A stretch of 33,950 nt of DNA, taken from the sequence record DRR723986_10485, one strand, 5' to 3'. Within the stretch, counting starts at the first letter, position 1. Each line of letters opens with the position of its first letter. The notes below the pieces were generated by a model, which did not search any database, was not told where the DNA came from, and saw only the letters and a list, made by a program, of their open reading frames with translations. This document shows positions 9,986-19,399 of the stretch, in pieces. Both the position numbers and the translations under genes were made by a program.

Positions 9986-10036
9986 AGTTTGCCGCCTTCA
10001 TGCCGCCTTCACAAGAACCAATTTCGATACCATCTT
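9986..10036. promoter_or_regulatory. putative bidirectional sigma70 promoter
   Basis: + strand TTCACA(10008-13)-N17-CATCTT(10031-36); - strand TTGTGA(10014-09)-N17-CAAACT(9991-86). Confidence 0.5.
9990..10011. repeat. perfect 11-bp tandem direct repeat TGCCGCCTTCA x2
   Basis: Read directly at 9990-10000 and 10001-10011. Confidence 0.85.
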
Positions 10037-10043
10037 GCCCGCC

Positions 10044-11000
10044 ATGACACTCGACCAGACCCTCCGCCAGTTTCTCGACCGGTTCACCATGCCTGACCTC
10101 AAGGGTCTGGACTGGCAAGTCACGGCCGACCGGCTGCGCCGCCAGTTCTACGTGGCCAGTCATGCGATCGAGAAAGACGCCCCGGAAATGGCAGACATCT
10201 CCCACATGATGGTACCATCCGGGGAAGGGAAGGTGAAAGCCCGTGTCTACACGCCGCTCGGCGCGGGCATCGCGCCGGGGCCGGGCATTCTCTTCTTCCA
10301 TGGCGGCGGCTTCGTGATCGGAGACCTTGAAAGTCATGACATGCTCTGCAAGCGACTGGCGGAGGGGGCCCGATGCCGGGTCGTCTCGATCGATTACCGC
10401 CTGGCGCCGGAGCACAAATTTCCCGCCGCGCATGAGGATGCGCTGCACGTCTGGCACTGGGTGCAAGACCATGCCGGCATGCTGGGGCTCGATCCGGAAC
10501 GTCTGGCCGTATCCGGTGACAGTGCCGGCGGCAATCTCTCTGCCTTTCTGGCGCAGGAGATGAATCGGACGGGCGGGCCTGCGCCGGCTTTCCAGCTGCT
10601 GCTCTATCCGCTGGTCCAGTTTGCCGACATCCGCACAAAGAAGATGCCGTTCAATGAAAGCGGCTTTTTCATCTCCGCAAACCTGTTCGAATTCTTTCGC
10701 GATGCCTATCTCGCCACGCCGGAAGACCGGATGGATATCCGCGTCTCACCATTGTTTGCCCCGGAGGACTGCTTCCGCGGCCTGCCGCCAGCGCATTTCG
10801 TACTTTGCGGCTGGGATCCGCTGCACGATGAGGGGCTCGCCTATGCCGACAAGATGGCGAGCTTCGGCGTGCCGGTGACGGTGCGGGAATATCCCGGCAT
10901 GGTGCACGGCTTCATGAATTTGACAGCTCTGTCGGACACGATCCGGATCGCCATCCGCGATGCGGGGCAGGTGACCGGCCGGGCGCTCGGCGCCCTCTGA
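10044..11000 (+). CDS. alpha/beta hydrolase, hormone-sensitive-lipase family esterase
   Basis: HGGGF, DYRLAPEHKFP, GDSAGG, DPLHDEG, HGF; start 10044 chosen because the ATG at 9978 overlaps the divergent gene. Confidence 0.92.
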   Translation: MTLDQTLRQFLDRFTMPDLKGLDWQVTADRLRRQFYVASHAIEKDAPEMADISHMMVPSGEGKVKARVYTPLGAGIAPGPGILFFHGGGFVIGDLESHDMLCKRLAEGARCRVVSIDYRLAPEHKFPAAHEDALHVWHWVQDHAGMLGLDPERLAVSGDSAGGNLSAFLAQEMNRTGGPAPAFQLLLYPLVQFADIRTKKMPFNESGFFISANLFEFFRDAYLATPEDRMDIRVSPLFAPEDCFRGLPPAHFVLCGWDPLHDEGLAYADKMASFGVPVTVREYPGMVHGFMNLTALSDTIRIAIRDAGQVTGRALGAL

Positions 11001-11014
11001 CATATTTCCGCGGA

Positions 11015-11048
11015 AACAAAGAAAAAGGGCGGTCCCGAAGGACCGCCC
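11015..11048 (-). terminator. intrinsic terminator of minus-strand TBDR
   Basis: GGGCGGTCC-CGAA-GGACCGCCC (11027-11048); the minus strand continues TTTTTCTTTGTTT. Confidence 0.85.
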
Positions 11049-11090
11049 AGTTGTGTCGGCTTCCAGGAGAGAATTACTCTCCGGGGCCGA

Positions 11091-13967
11091 TTAGTTGCCA
11101 CTTCCGCCGAACCGTTTGGTCAGGCTGATCTTCCAGGTGCGACCGAACGGGTTATGCGTGTACGGATCGTAGCTGGTATCGAAGGCGGCGAACGGCGGAT
11201 CTTCATCCGTGACGTTGACCACACCAAGTCCGACGTCGAGGCCCAAGGCTTCCGGCGACCAGTTGTAGAACAAGTCGAAGGTCGTCTGGCTGTCGATCTT
11301 CTCGCCGACACCGCCACGAGCAGCTGCGGCCCGCTCATCCTTGTAGCTATCGATGTGGCGCATGACAGCCCGGAAGTTATGCTCGCCGACGGCGTAGTTG
11401 GCAAACAGGTTCGCCTTCCACTGAGGCATCGAGCGGGTGAAGTTGGACCGGTTGAACTGGCCAACATAGTCGCCACCGCCGATGGCGATGCCTTCGACGA
11501 AGTAGGGATCAACCTGGTACTCGATGATGTAGGTGGCATCGGCGCCAACCGAGAACTCGCTGCCATTCGCGAGGCCCCAGTTGTTCTGCATCCGCAGATC
11601 GATGCCCGACGTCTGGATGTCGGGGCCGTTGACAACGCCTGTGCGAACACGGGCAATTTCATTGGGCTGATTGATCCCGTCATTGTTATTGTCTGTGAAG
11701 GTGATCCGGTTGAGGACAGCGTCGTCATCCGTTGTGGCAGTTCCCAAGGCAGCCACTGCTGCGTTCACAATGTTCGATTGCTCTTCCACGATGATCGGAT
11801 CTGAGAAATCGAAATTGTAATAGTCGAGCGAGGCAAAGAAGCCGCCCTGCTCATAGATGCCGCCGAAATTGAAGCTGAACGCCGATTCCGGGCTCAGGTC
11901 CGGGTTGCCAAACTGGTCGACAGCTTTGAACGCCGAAGCTGCCGAGACGAACTGGAGCGTCGTGCCGACACCAGAGAGCTGGTTCAGCGTCGGGCCACGG
12001 AACGAGGTCTGGGCTGAGCCGCGAAGAGCGAAGTTGTCCGTGACGTCCCATTTGGCTGCGACTTTCGGGTCGAAGGTCGAACCGACATCGCCACCATAGT
12101 CCTCGTATCGGACCGCAAACTGCATGTTCAAGTTGTCATAGAGAGGCACCTGAAGTTCGCCGAAGATTGCGTAGATGGTCTGGTCTTCGTCGGCAGATGT
12201 TGAGCCGGCGAGGAAGGAGTAGGGGCCCGTGCCGCCCGGTCCAGGCGTCACGTTCAGATCTGTGAGGTCGGACGGATCGACTTCATAGGTTTCCTTGCGG
12301 ACCTGGAAGCCTGCAGCCCAGCTGATGGCGCCGCCCTGAGCCTGGACATTGCTTTCGCCCGAGAACACACCGTCCAGCACCAGCAGGCTGGTATTGGCGA
12401 CCGTCTGGCTGCCGTCCGTCATCCAGTCTGCAAGCGTGGTGGAGTTTTCAAGCCCAGCGACATAGTTCGGGTTGGCTGCGCCAGTTACGGCATTCGCCTG
12501 AATGGCGTTGGAGAACGGGTTGTAGTATTCACAAGCGCCACCGCCTGCTGTCAGAGAACCAGCATATCCGGCAGCCCATGGCTGAGTTCCGGTAGCCGGG
12601 TCCGTGCCATCAACAGGATCCGTACAGACCCCGTAACCGCGCAGGGCGGCTGTCAGACCGACAATGTAGGTGTCGTTCGTCAGGCGTTCGGATTCCGTGG
12701 CCGAATAGGTCAGGCCGAAGTCGTAGTGGACGCCACTGTCGAAGTCACCGCTATAGGAGCCTGAACCGCGCCAGGTTTCGGACGTCCGGTAGCCTTCCTG
12801 GGCGCCGCCCGTTCCGGGGAAGCCGCCCCAGCCGAAAGTCCGGCCGATAAACAGCGCGCCGATGGCCGAGGCCGGGAAGGCTCCCGGATTATCGGCGACA
12901 TATTGTTGATAGCCAGGTGCTGATGCCGGTACGAACTGGTTTAGCAGCGATTGCGGCGGATAGGAGGAGGACGTCTTCCAAGTCGGCGTATCCGAATGCG
13001 CATACATGAGTTCGAGGTGCAGGTCTGCGCCATTTTCCATGCTGCGATTGTATTCTGAGAAGACCTGGTAGCGCTCTTCTTCTTCGACGAGGTTGTCGAA
13101 ATTTGTGAACTGGAAGCGGCAGGTGCCAGAGACGACGATGCCGCCAACATCAAGGCAGCCGACATCATTCGTTGCACCCTGGATCGGTGTTCCCGAAGCT
13201 CCGAGCGGAACATAATAGCCCGGATTGGATAGTGAAGACCAGCCACCAACCGGGTTGTCCGCGTAAGGCAGCACAGCCCAGTCTTTCTCAAGAAGCGGAA
13301 CCTCACTGCGCTTGTTGTAGCCGACCGACGTAACCCAGCTGAAATTGCTGCCCTGCAGGCCATAAGCTGCGTTGAGGTCAAAATCACCGTCCGTACCGTC
13401 GAACTGCGAGAATGATCCGCCGACCTCGAAGCCGTCGAGGTCTTCATTGGTGATGAAGTTGACGACGCCGGCGATGGCGTCGGAGCCATACAGGGCGGCG
13501 GCACCGTCTTTCAGGACTTCGATCCGGCTGATAGCGGCAGTCGGAATTGTGTTCGTGTCAACGAAGAGCTGAGCCTGCTCGCCGATGGAGTAGGGGTGGT
13601 ATGTCTGGCGGCGGCCGTTGATCAGCACGAGCGTACGTGCTGGGCCTAGGCCGCGCAGGTTGATGTTGGATGTGCCTTCGAGGCCGTTCGAGGCGAACTG
13701 GTTGGTCTGGCCATCGACACCCGACGAGGGGCCGAGGTTACGGATCAGCTCGGTGATCGAGGGCTGGCCTTCCAGTTTGAGGTCGCCAGCTGTCAGCACG
13801 TCGACGGGTAGGGCGGCGTCTTCAGGTGTGCCTTGAATGAACGAGCCGGTCACGGTCACCTTGGACTGGCGAAGTTCCGAGCCGTCTTCTTCCTGGGCGA
13901 TGGCTGGCAGGGCTAGAAGCAATGATGCCACTGACGCACCCGTCAGCAGCCGAATTGATTGTCTCAT
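11091..13967 (-). CDS. TonB-dependent outer membrane receptor (958 aa)
   Basis: Signal peptide; TonB box VTVTGS; plug NLRGLGPARTLVLINGRR and IEVLKDGAAALYGSDAIAGVVNFI; GNPDLSPE; NVTDEDPP; RBS GGAGG. Confidence 0.95.
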   Translation of the reverse strand: MRQSIRLLTGASVASLLLALPAIAQEEDGSELRQSKVTVTGSFIQGTPEDAALPVDVLTAGDLKLEGQPSITELIRNLGPSSGVDGQTNQFASNGLEGTSNINLRGLGPARTLVLINGRRQTYHPYSIGEQAQLFVDTNTIPTAAISRIEVLKDGAAALYGSDAIAGVVNFITNEDLDGFEVGGSFSQFDGTDGDFDLNAAYGLQGSNFSWVTSVGYNKRSEVPLLEKDWAVLPYADNPVGGWSSLSNPGYYVPLGASGTPIQGATNDVGCLDVGGIVVSGTCRFQFTNFDNLVEEEERYQVFSEYNRSMENGADLHLELMYAHSDTPTWKTSSSYPPQSLLNQFVPASAPGYQQYVADNPGAFPASAIGALFIGRTFGWGGFPGTGGAQEGYRTSETWRGSGSYSGDFDSGVHYDFGLTYSATESERLTNDTYIVGLTAALRGYGVCTDPVDGTDPATGTQPWAAGYAGSLTAGGGACEYYNPFSNAIQANAVTGAANPNYVAGLENSTTLADWMTDGSQTVANTSLLVLDGVFSGESNVQAQGGAISWAAGFQVRKETYEVDPSDLTDLNVTPGPGGTGPYSFLAGSTSADEDQTIYAIFGELQVPLYDNLNMQFAVRYEDYGGDVGSTFDPKVAAKWDVTDNFALRGSAQTSFRGPTLNQLSGVGTTLQFVSAASAFKAVDQFGNPDLSPESAFSFNFGGIYEQGGFFASLDYYNFDFSDPIIVEEQSNIVNAAVAALGTATTDDDAVLNRITFTDNNNDGINQPNEIARVRTGVVNGPDIQTSGIDLRMQNNWGLANGSEFSVGADATYIIEYQVDPYFVEGIAIGGGDYVGQFNRSNFTRSMPQWKANLFANYAVGEHNFRAVMRHIDSYKDERAAAARGGVGEKIDSQTTFDLFYNWSPEALGLDVGLGVVNVTDEDPPFAAFDTSYDPYTHNPFGRTWKISLTKRFGGSGN

Positions 13968-14073
13968 TTGTTTCCTCCGTTTATGCGAGGCACCGGATCT
14001 GAGCGTCCGGATTTGCTCTCACGCAAAGGCAGGATAGGCCGACCTCAGACCTCTCGAACAGGAAAAAATATTG

Positions 14074-14085
14074 TGCGGCGCAGCA
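14074..14085. promoter_or_regulatory. PhaR/AniA-like box
   Basis: TGCGGCGCAGCA fits the TGCRNYGCASMA consensus recalled for alphaproteobacterial PhaR. Confidence 0.4.
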
Positions 14086-14348
14086 GAAGAGCGGGTGCCC
14101 GTGAAATAATTACCCTAAAACAACGTTGTCACACGCGTGTTTGGTGTCCGTATTGCGCAAGTAACGGGCACTCCGGTGCCCAAATTTTGGGAATTGTGGC
14201 TCTATTGTAACACTCGGCCAAAATATTCGGGTGCGACTGTGAGACTACTGTGAATGCTTCAGGTGTCGCTGTTACGTTGGAAATAGCCCGCATGAGAACG
14301 GGTCTGAATATTTCTCCCAGATCAACTTGAACTCAAAACGAGGAAAAC

Positions 14349-16676
14349 ATGGCGCTCAAGCAAAGCTTGCTTGTGACCGCTTCTGCGGTCTTTTTTCTGA
14401 CGTCTGCAGCATACGCTCAGGAAACCACAACCGAACGCGAATCCGCGATCGACAAGGTGCTCGGCACCGTCACTGTCACAGCGACCAAGAAAGCCAATGT
14501 CGAGAACGTACAGGACGTTCCGGTGGCCGTGACGGCCTTCAATTCCGACACGCTGGACGCGCTCAATGTGCGCGACCTCGGCTCGCTCAGCTACTCGACC
14601 CCGAACGTCTCTCTTACAGACGCCGGCACATCGCGCGGCGTGGCGAATTTCTCCATCCGTGGCCTCGGCATCAACTCGACTATCCCATCGATTGATCCGA
14701 CCGTGGGTACGTTCGTCGATGGCGTTTATCTCGGCACCAACGGCGGCGTCGTGCTCGACCTGTTCGACCTCGACAGCGTTGAAATCCTGCGCGGCCCGCA
14801 GGGTATTCTGTTCGGTCGCAACACAACTGGCGGTGCCGTCCTGATCAACACCGGCAACCCGACCAGCGATTTTCAGTGGAAAGCCCGTGCCACGGTTGAG
14901 ACGCCGATCGACGATGATCGCGGCGGTCCGAACTCCACCGTTCAGGCGACGGTTTCCGGCCCGATTGTTGAGGGCAAGCTGAACGGCAAGCTCGGCGTCT
15001 ACTACAACTCCGATGCGGGCTACTTCAAGAACCTCTACAATGGCGACAATCAGGGCGAAGCCCAGACATCCATCGTTCGCGGGGCCCTTGAATGGCTGCC
15101 GACCGACGACATCACCTTCCTCGGCAAGGTCGAGCGTTTTGAAACGCGCGGCGACGGCCCTGTCGGCCAGAACCGCGGCCTGTTTGACCGCGATACGTTC
15201 GACTTCTCCATCAACAATCCGGGTCTGCAGGATAGCGAGGCGACCTTCGCAACGCTGCGGACAGACATTGATGTCTCCTTCGGCAATGGCCGTATCACCA
15301 ACATCATCGGCTATCGTGATACGAGCGGTGTGACATCTGGTGATATCGATGCGACGCCGTTGACCCTGTTCCACTCGGGTTCGGAAACGACGACGGAGCA
15401 GTTCTCGGAGGAACTCCGCTATGCCGGGACGTTCGGCAAAGCCGACGTCACTATTGGCGGCTTCTATTTCAATCAGGACATCGCATATACCGAGATCCGT
15501 TCGCTTCCTTCAGTCACCGCGGCTACCTTCTACGGTGGCGGCCGCCAAGACCAGAACGTGTATGGCCTGTTCGGCCAAGTAGATTATGCATTCACCGAAA
15601 AACTGACCGGTATTTTCGGCATGCGCTATGGCTATGAGGAAAAGGATGTGGACATTACCTACATCCGTCCGCGCCCGGAATGCTCCATGGTCGACAACAC
15701 CTGCCTGCAGACCGGTACCAACCCATTCGTGCCAGGCGAACCGAACGGGTTCTCGAACAAGGACGACTGGAGCAACTGGTCGCCGAAGATCGGCCTGCAG
15801 TACCAGCTGGATGACACCTCGCAGCTGTATGCGCACTACACGAACGGCGTGCGTTCGGGTGGCTACAACTTCCGCATCACCGATGCGGCCCTGTTCCTCT
15901 CCATCAACCCGGATCCGGACAACGCATCCTCGTTTGACGAAGAGACTGTGGACAGCTACGAAGTCGGCTTCAAACACCAGACTGAAGACGGTCGCGGTCA
16001 GTTCAACGCCGCCGTGTTCTTCAACAAGATGTCGGACATGCAGCGTGAGCTGAACCTGCCGTCGCCGTCTGCCGGTGTGTCTCAGGTTATCCTGAATACC
16101 GCAGATGCCGAAATCCTGGGCCTGGAAGCGGAAGGCCGTTATGCACTGACCGACAACCTGCTCATCACGGCCAATGTCGGCATCATCGATGCGGACTATA
16201 CGAGCGTCGACTATGACATCTCCAGCGACGGCTTGGTGAACGGCCGGGACCTGCGCCTCGACCTGCCGCGCGTGCCGGAAGCCACATATGGTATCGGCGC
16301 CATCTATGACTTCGACCTGCGTGAAAAAGGCTCCCTTGTTGCACGTGCAAACTTCCAGCACCGCGACAAGAGCGCCTACACCGACAACAACTGGGGCTGG
16401 ACCAACGCTGTCGACATGCTCGATGCGAATCTGACCTGGAACACCCCTTATGAAGGTCTGTCCGTGGCAATCTTCGGCAAGAACCTGCTCGACGAAGTGT
16501 CCGCCGGTAACGACACGCAGCTGCCGTTCGGCGGCAATGTCTCTGCGCTGGTTCCAGGCAGCTCGAACCTCGCAACCGGTGCGAACACCCCATACGCCTA
16601 CTACCCGGCGGTCGGGACGTTCTCGCCGCTGATTCCGGGCCGCCGCATCGGCTTCGAAATCACCATGAAGCACTAG
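14349..16676 (+). CDS. TonB-dependent outer membrane receptor (775 aa)
   Basis: Signal peptide AYA/Q; VTVTATKK..QDVPVAVTA; VEILRGPQGILFGRNTTGGA; ETVDSYEVGFK; GKNLLDE; RBS GAGGA. Confidence 0.95.
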   Translation: MALKQSLLVTASAVFFLTSAAYAQETTTERESAIDKVLGTVTVTATKKANVENVQDVPVAVTAFNSDTLDALNVRDLGSLSYSTPNVSLTDAGTSRGVANFSIRGLGINSTIPSIDPTVGTFVDGVYLGTNGGVVLDLFDLDSVEILRGPQGILFGRNTTGGAVLINTGNPTSDFQWKARATVETPIDDDRGGPNSTVQATVSGPIVEGKLNGKLGVYYNSDAGYFKNLYNGDNQGEAQTSIVRGALEWLPTDDITFLGKVERFETRGDGPVGQNRGLFDRDTFDFSINNPGLQDSEATFATLRTDIDVSFGNGRITNIIGYRDTSGVTSGDIDATPLTLFHSGSETTTEQFSEELRYAGTFGKADVTIGGFYFNQDIAYTEIRSLPSVTAATFYGGGRQDQNVYGLFGQVDYAFTEKLTGIFGMRYGYEEKDVDITYIRPRPECSMVDNTCLQTGTNPFVPGEPNGFSNKDDWSNWSPKIGLQYQLDDTSQLYAHYTNGVRSGGYNFRITDAALFLSINPDPDNASSFDEETVDSYEVGFKHQTEDGRGQFNAAVFFNKMSDMQRELNLPSPSAGVSQVILNTADAEILGLEAEGRYALTDNLLITANVGIIDADYTSVDYDISSDGLVNGRDLRLDLPRVPEATYGIGAIYDFDLREKGSLVARANFQHRDKSAYTDNNWGWTNAVDMLDANLTWNTPYEGLSVAIFGKNLLDEVSAGNDTQLPFGGNVSALVPGSSNLATGANTPYAYYPAVGTFSPLIPGRRIGFEITMKH

Positions 16677-16700
16677 GCTTCCTGGGAACGCTTTTTCGAG

Positions 16701-16729
16701 AGGGGCGGGCGGCAACGTCCGCCCCTTTT
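16701..16729 (+). terminator. intrinsic terminator
   Basis: AGGGGCGGGCG-GCAA-CGTCCGCCCCT followed by TTT, downstream of TBDR stop. Confidence 0.8.
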
Positions 16730-16798
16730 GCATTCGGTCATCAAACACCGTTGCGTGTGTGCCCTTGCGGACAGGGCAGGCGGATGCTGAGTGAGAGC

Positions 16799-18202
16799 AT
16801 GACTGACGCGCCCCCGATTCTCGCCCTGTCCGATTTCCTGTCCGACCCGGTTGAACCAGCCAGTTTTCCCGAGCATCAGGTCCGCTTCTGGAACGGTCGC
16901 TGGGCAGGGGAGGTGGGCCTCGGCGATCTGGATGCCGCCGCACAGGCGGCGCATTTCGGGCGGTTCGCCCCCTTGCCCGGAAATCTTTCACAGCCCTTGG
17001 CGCTTCGGTATCACGGCCACCAGTTCGGCGTTTACAATCCGCAGCTCGGCGATGGGCGCGGCTTCCTGTTCGCGCAGGTCCGCGACAAGGCGGGCAGGCT
17101 GCTGGACCTTGGTACCAAGGGGTCCGGCCAGACGCCGTGGAGCCGGCAGGGTGACGGGCGGCTCACCCTGAAGGGCGGCGTGCGGGAAGTGCTCGCCTCG
17201 TCCTATCTGGAAGGGCTCGGCGTCAACACGTCCAAATCCTTCGCGCTGATCGAGACGGGCGAACAGCTGGCCCGTAATGACGAACCCTCGCCGACCCGTT
17301 CTGCCGTCCTGACGCGCCTGTCGCACAGCCATGTCCGGTTCGGCAGTTTCCAGCGCCTCGCCTATCTGGAGCAAGGCGCCGAGATGGCCCGGCTGGTTGA
17401 CTATTGCGTGGACCAGTTTCATCCGCAGGCGGCGGACCCCGATCTCGCGCGCCGTTCCTGCAACCTGCTTGAGACCATTGCCGTCGAGACGGGCAGGATG
17501 ATCGGCCAGTGGATGGCGGCCGGTTTCGTGCACGGGGTGATGAACACGGACAATTTCAACATCACGGGCGAAACCTTCGACTTTGGCCCCTGGCGGTTCC
17601 TGCCGGTCTCTGATCCTAATTTCACGGCCGCCTATTTCGATGAGCAGGGCCTCTACCGGTTTGGGCGCCAGCCGGTGCAAGGCGGCTGGGCGCTGCAGCA
17701 GCTTGCTTCAGCTTTGCTGGCAACTGGCGCCGATGCCGACGATCTTGCAAAGGCGCTCGCGCCTTATCAGCTAGCCTATCGGGATAGTTTCGTGGCACAC
17801 ACGCACGCCTTGCTCGGGATCGCCCCGGCCGGGGAGGCGGAGGAGGATGTCGGCTTCCTTCAGGCCTTCTATGCGTGGATGACGACAAGCGAAGCGGTCT
17901 GGCCGCAGGTTTTTCACGACTGGTTCGGCGGGTCGGCAAGCGAGGCGCGCGCTGCTGCGTCACCGCAGGCGGCGATCTACGCCGATGCAGCCTTTGCGCC
18001 AGTGAAGGCACAGATCCTTGCGCGCGATCCGGTCCGGCCTGAGCGGCTCTCGCATGACATCTTCCAGCGTCCGGCGCCGCCATCCTTGCTGATCGATGAG
18101 GTTGAGGCGCTGTGGGCGCCGATTGCAGAGGCGGATGACTGGACCGCCTATGAGCAGAAACTGGCAGACATCGAGGCCCTGCGCATCGCGCGGTGGGGCT
18201 GA
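16799..18202 (+). CDS. selO: protein adenylyltransferase SelO (YdiU/UPF0061)
   Basis: YHGHQFG..QLGDGRG, KGSGQTPWSRQGDGR, SHVRFGSF, GFVHGVMNTDN. Confidence 0.92.
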   Translation: MTDAPPILALSDFLSDPVEPASFPEHQVRFWNGRWAGEVGLGDLDAAAQAAHFGRFAPLPGNLSQPLALRYHGHQFGVYNPQLGDGRGFLFAQVRDKAGRLLDLGTKGSGQTPWSRQGDGRLTLKGGVREVLASSYLEGLGVNTSKSFALIETGEQLARNDEPSPTRSAVLTRLSHSHVRFGSFQRLAYLEQGAEMARLVDYCVDQFHPQAADPDLARRSCNLLETIAVETGRMIGQWMAAGFVHGVMNTDNFNITGETFDFGPWRFLPVSDPNFTAAYFDEQGLYRFGRQPVQGGWALQQLASALLATGADADDLAKALAPYQLAYRDSFVAHTHALLGIAPAGEAEEDVGFLQAFYAWMTTSEAVWPQVFHDWFGGSASEARAAASPQAAIYADAAFAPVKAQILARDPVRPERLSHDIFQRPAPPSLLIDEVEALWAPIAEADDWTAYEQKLADIEALRIARWG

Positions 18203-18203
18203 C

Positions 18204-19283
18204 CTATTCTGCCGGTAGTTCCGTGTGACCGGCTTGCGGCGGCCCGGAATAATTCTTTGCAAAGGGATAGGCGGACTTCCAGACTTCCTTGCCGTCTTCA
18301 TGCTCCACAAAATGACAGCCGATCAGCGTCCGGATGAAATCGGTCAACACGAACCGGTCTGACTTCAGATACCAGTCGCCAAGGATCGGGCGCACGGCAT
18401 CGGTCGCCTCCTGCAGGCGGTAGTGCGGGATCGTCGGGAAGATATGATGGATGACATGGAGGTTGCCGATATTATGCGTCAGCCAGTTGAAGGGGCGGTA
18501 ATTGCGGTCGACCGTCGCCAGCGCGCCTTTCAGGCCTGACCAGTCACCGGAGTCGTAAACCGGCACTTCCGGCGCGACATGCTGCATGTAGGTCACGAAG
18601 GTGAGCCAGGCGGCGTAGATGAAGTAAGGCGCGATGATGTACTTCAGCGCGAAGACCCAGCCGAACTGGATGCCGAGGAAAACATAGAGCGCGAGGAAGG
18701 CGAGGTTCACACCAAGGCTCGCATACCAGGACCATTTCACGTGAGACGCGTAGAGGTCGCTGACAGGCAGGTAATGGCTGCCATGGACCGGGTCATAGGT
18801 CGTGATGTTGCGGAAGCCGAGCTTGTACATCGGCCAGCCGATCAGAACGAAGATCCCTGAGCGGAACAGGACCTTGCGGCTGAACCAGTCCTGCTCGGCA
18901 CGGCAGGCGCGGAAGACTTCCTCTTCCTGCAGGTGCCCGGTCTTCATGTGGTGTATGGCATGGCTGCGCTGCCAGCCGCGGTAGGGGACGAGGATCGGCC
19001 CGTGTGTGGCGAGGCCGACGATTGTGTTCACCAGCCGCGAACGGGAGAAGGCGCCATGTCCCGCTTCGTGCCCGATCACGAAGATCGACCAGAACAGCGT
19101 GCCCAGCATGAAGATCAGCGGCACCTCGAAATACCATGCGGTTGTGTGGGCCAGCACCCAGTAGCTGAGCGCAATCAGGGCAACATCGAAGAAGAGGTAG
19201 GCAAAGGACCGGGCTGTGTCCGGCCGGAAACAACGATCCGGAATTGCGTTTTTCAGGTCCTGTCGGGTGAAGGTCGGGTCCAA
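18204..19283 (-). CDS. membrane fatty acid desaturase, omega-3/delta-12 (DesA/DesB, FAD2/FAD3-like)
   Basis: His boxes HEAGH, HAIHH, HVIHH; PTFTRQDLKNAIPDRCF N-terminus; GALATVDRNY; IPHYRL. TTG start at 19283 placed 7 nt after GGAGG (359 aa); alternative ATG at 19352. Confidence 0.88.
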   Translation of the reverse strand: MDPTFTRQDLKNAIPDRCFRPDTARSFAYLFFDVALIALSYWVLAHTTAWYFEVPLIFMLGTLFWSIFVIGHEAGHGAFSRSRLVNTIVGLATHGPILVPYRGWQRSHAIHHMKTGHLQEEEVFRACRAEQDWFSRKVLFRSGIFVLIGWPMYKLGFRNITTYDPVHGSHYLPVSDLYASHVKWSWYASLGVNLAFLALYVFLGIQFGWVFALKYIIAPYFIYAAWLTFVTYMQHVAPEVPVYDSGDWSGLKGALATVDRNYRPFNWLTHNIGNLHVIHHIFPTIPHYRLQEATDAVRPILGDWYLKSDRFVLTDFIRTLIGCHFVEHEDGKEVWKSAYPFAKNYSGPPQAGHTELPAE

Positions 19284-19399
19284 GGCGAAGCCTCCGTCAA
19301 TCTCTGCAAGAAGACCTCGATTTGCTTGACAGGTAATGAAGAGACCTTCCATCCCGATCACGCAGAAAAGACAGCCTGAGACTGAAGCAAAGGTGAGAC

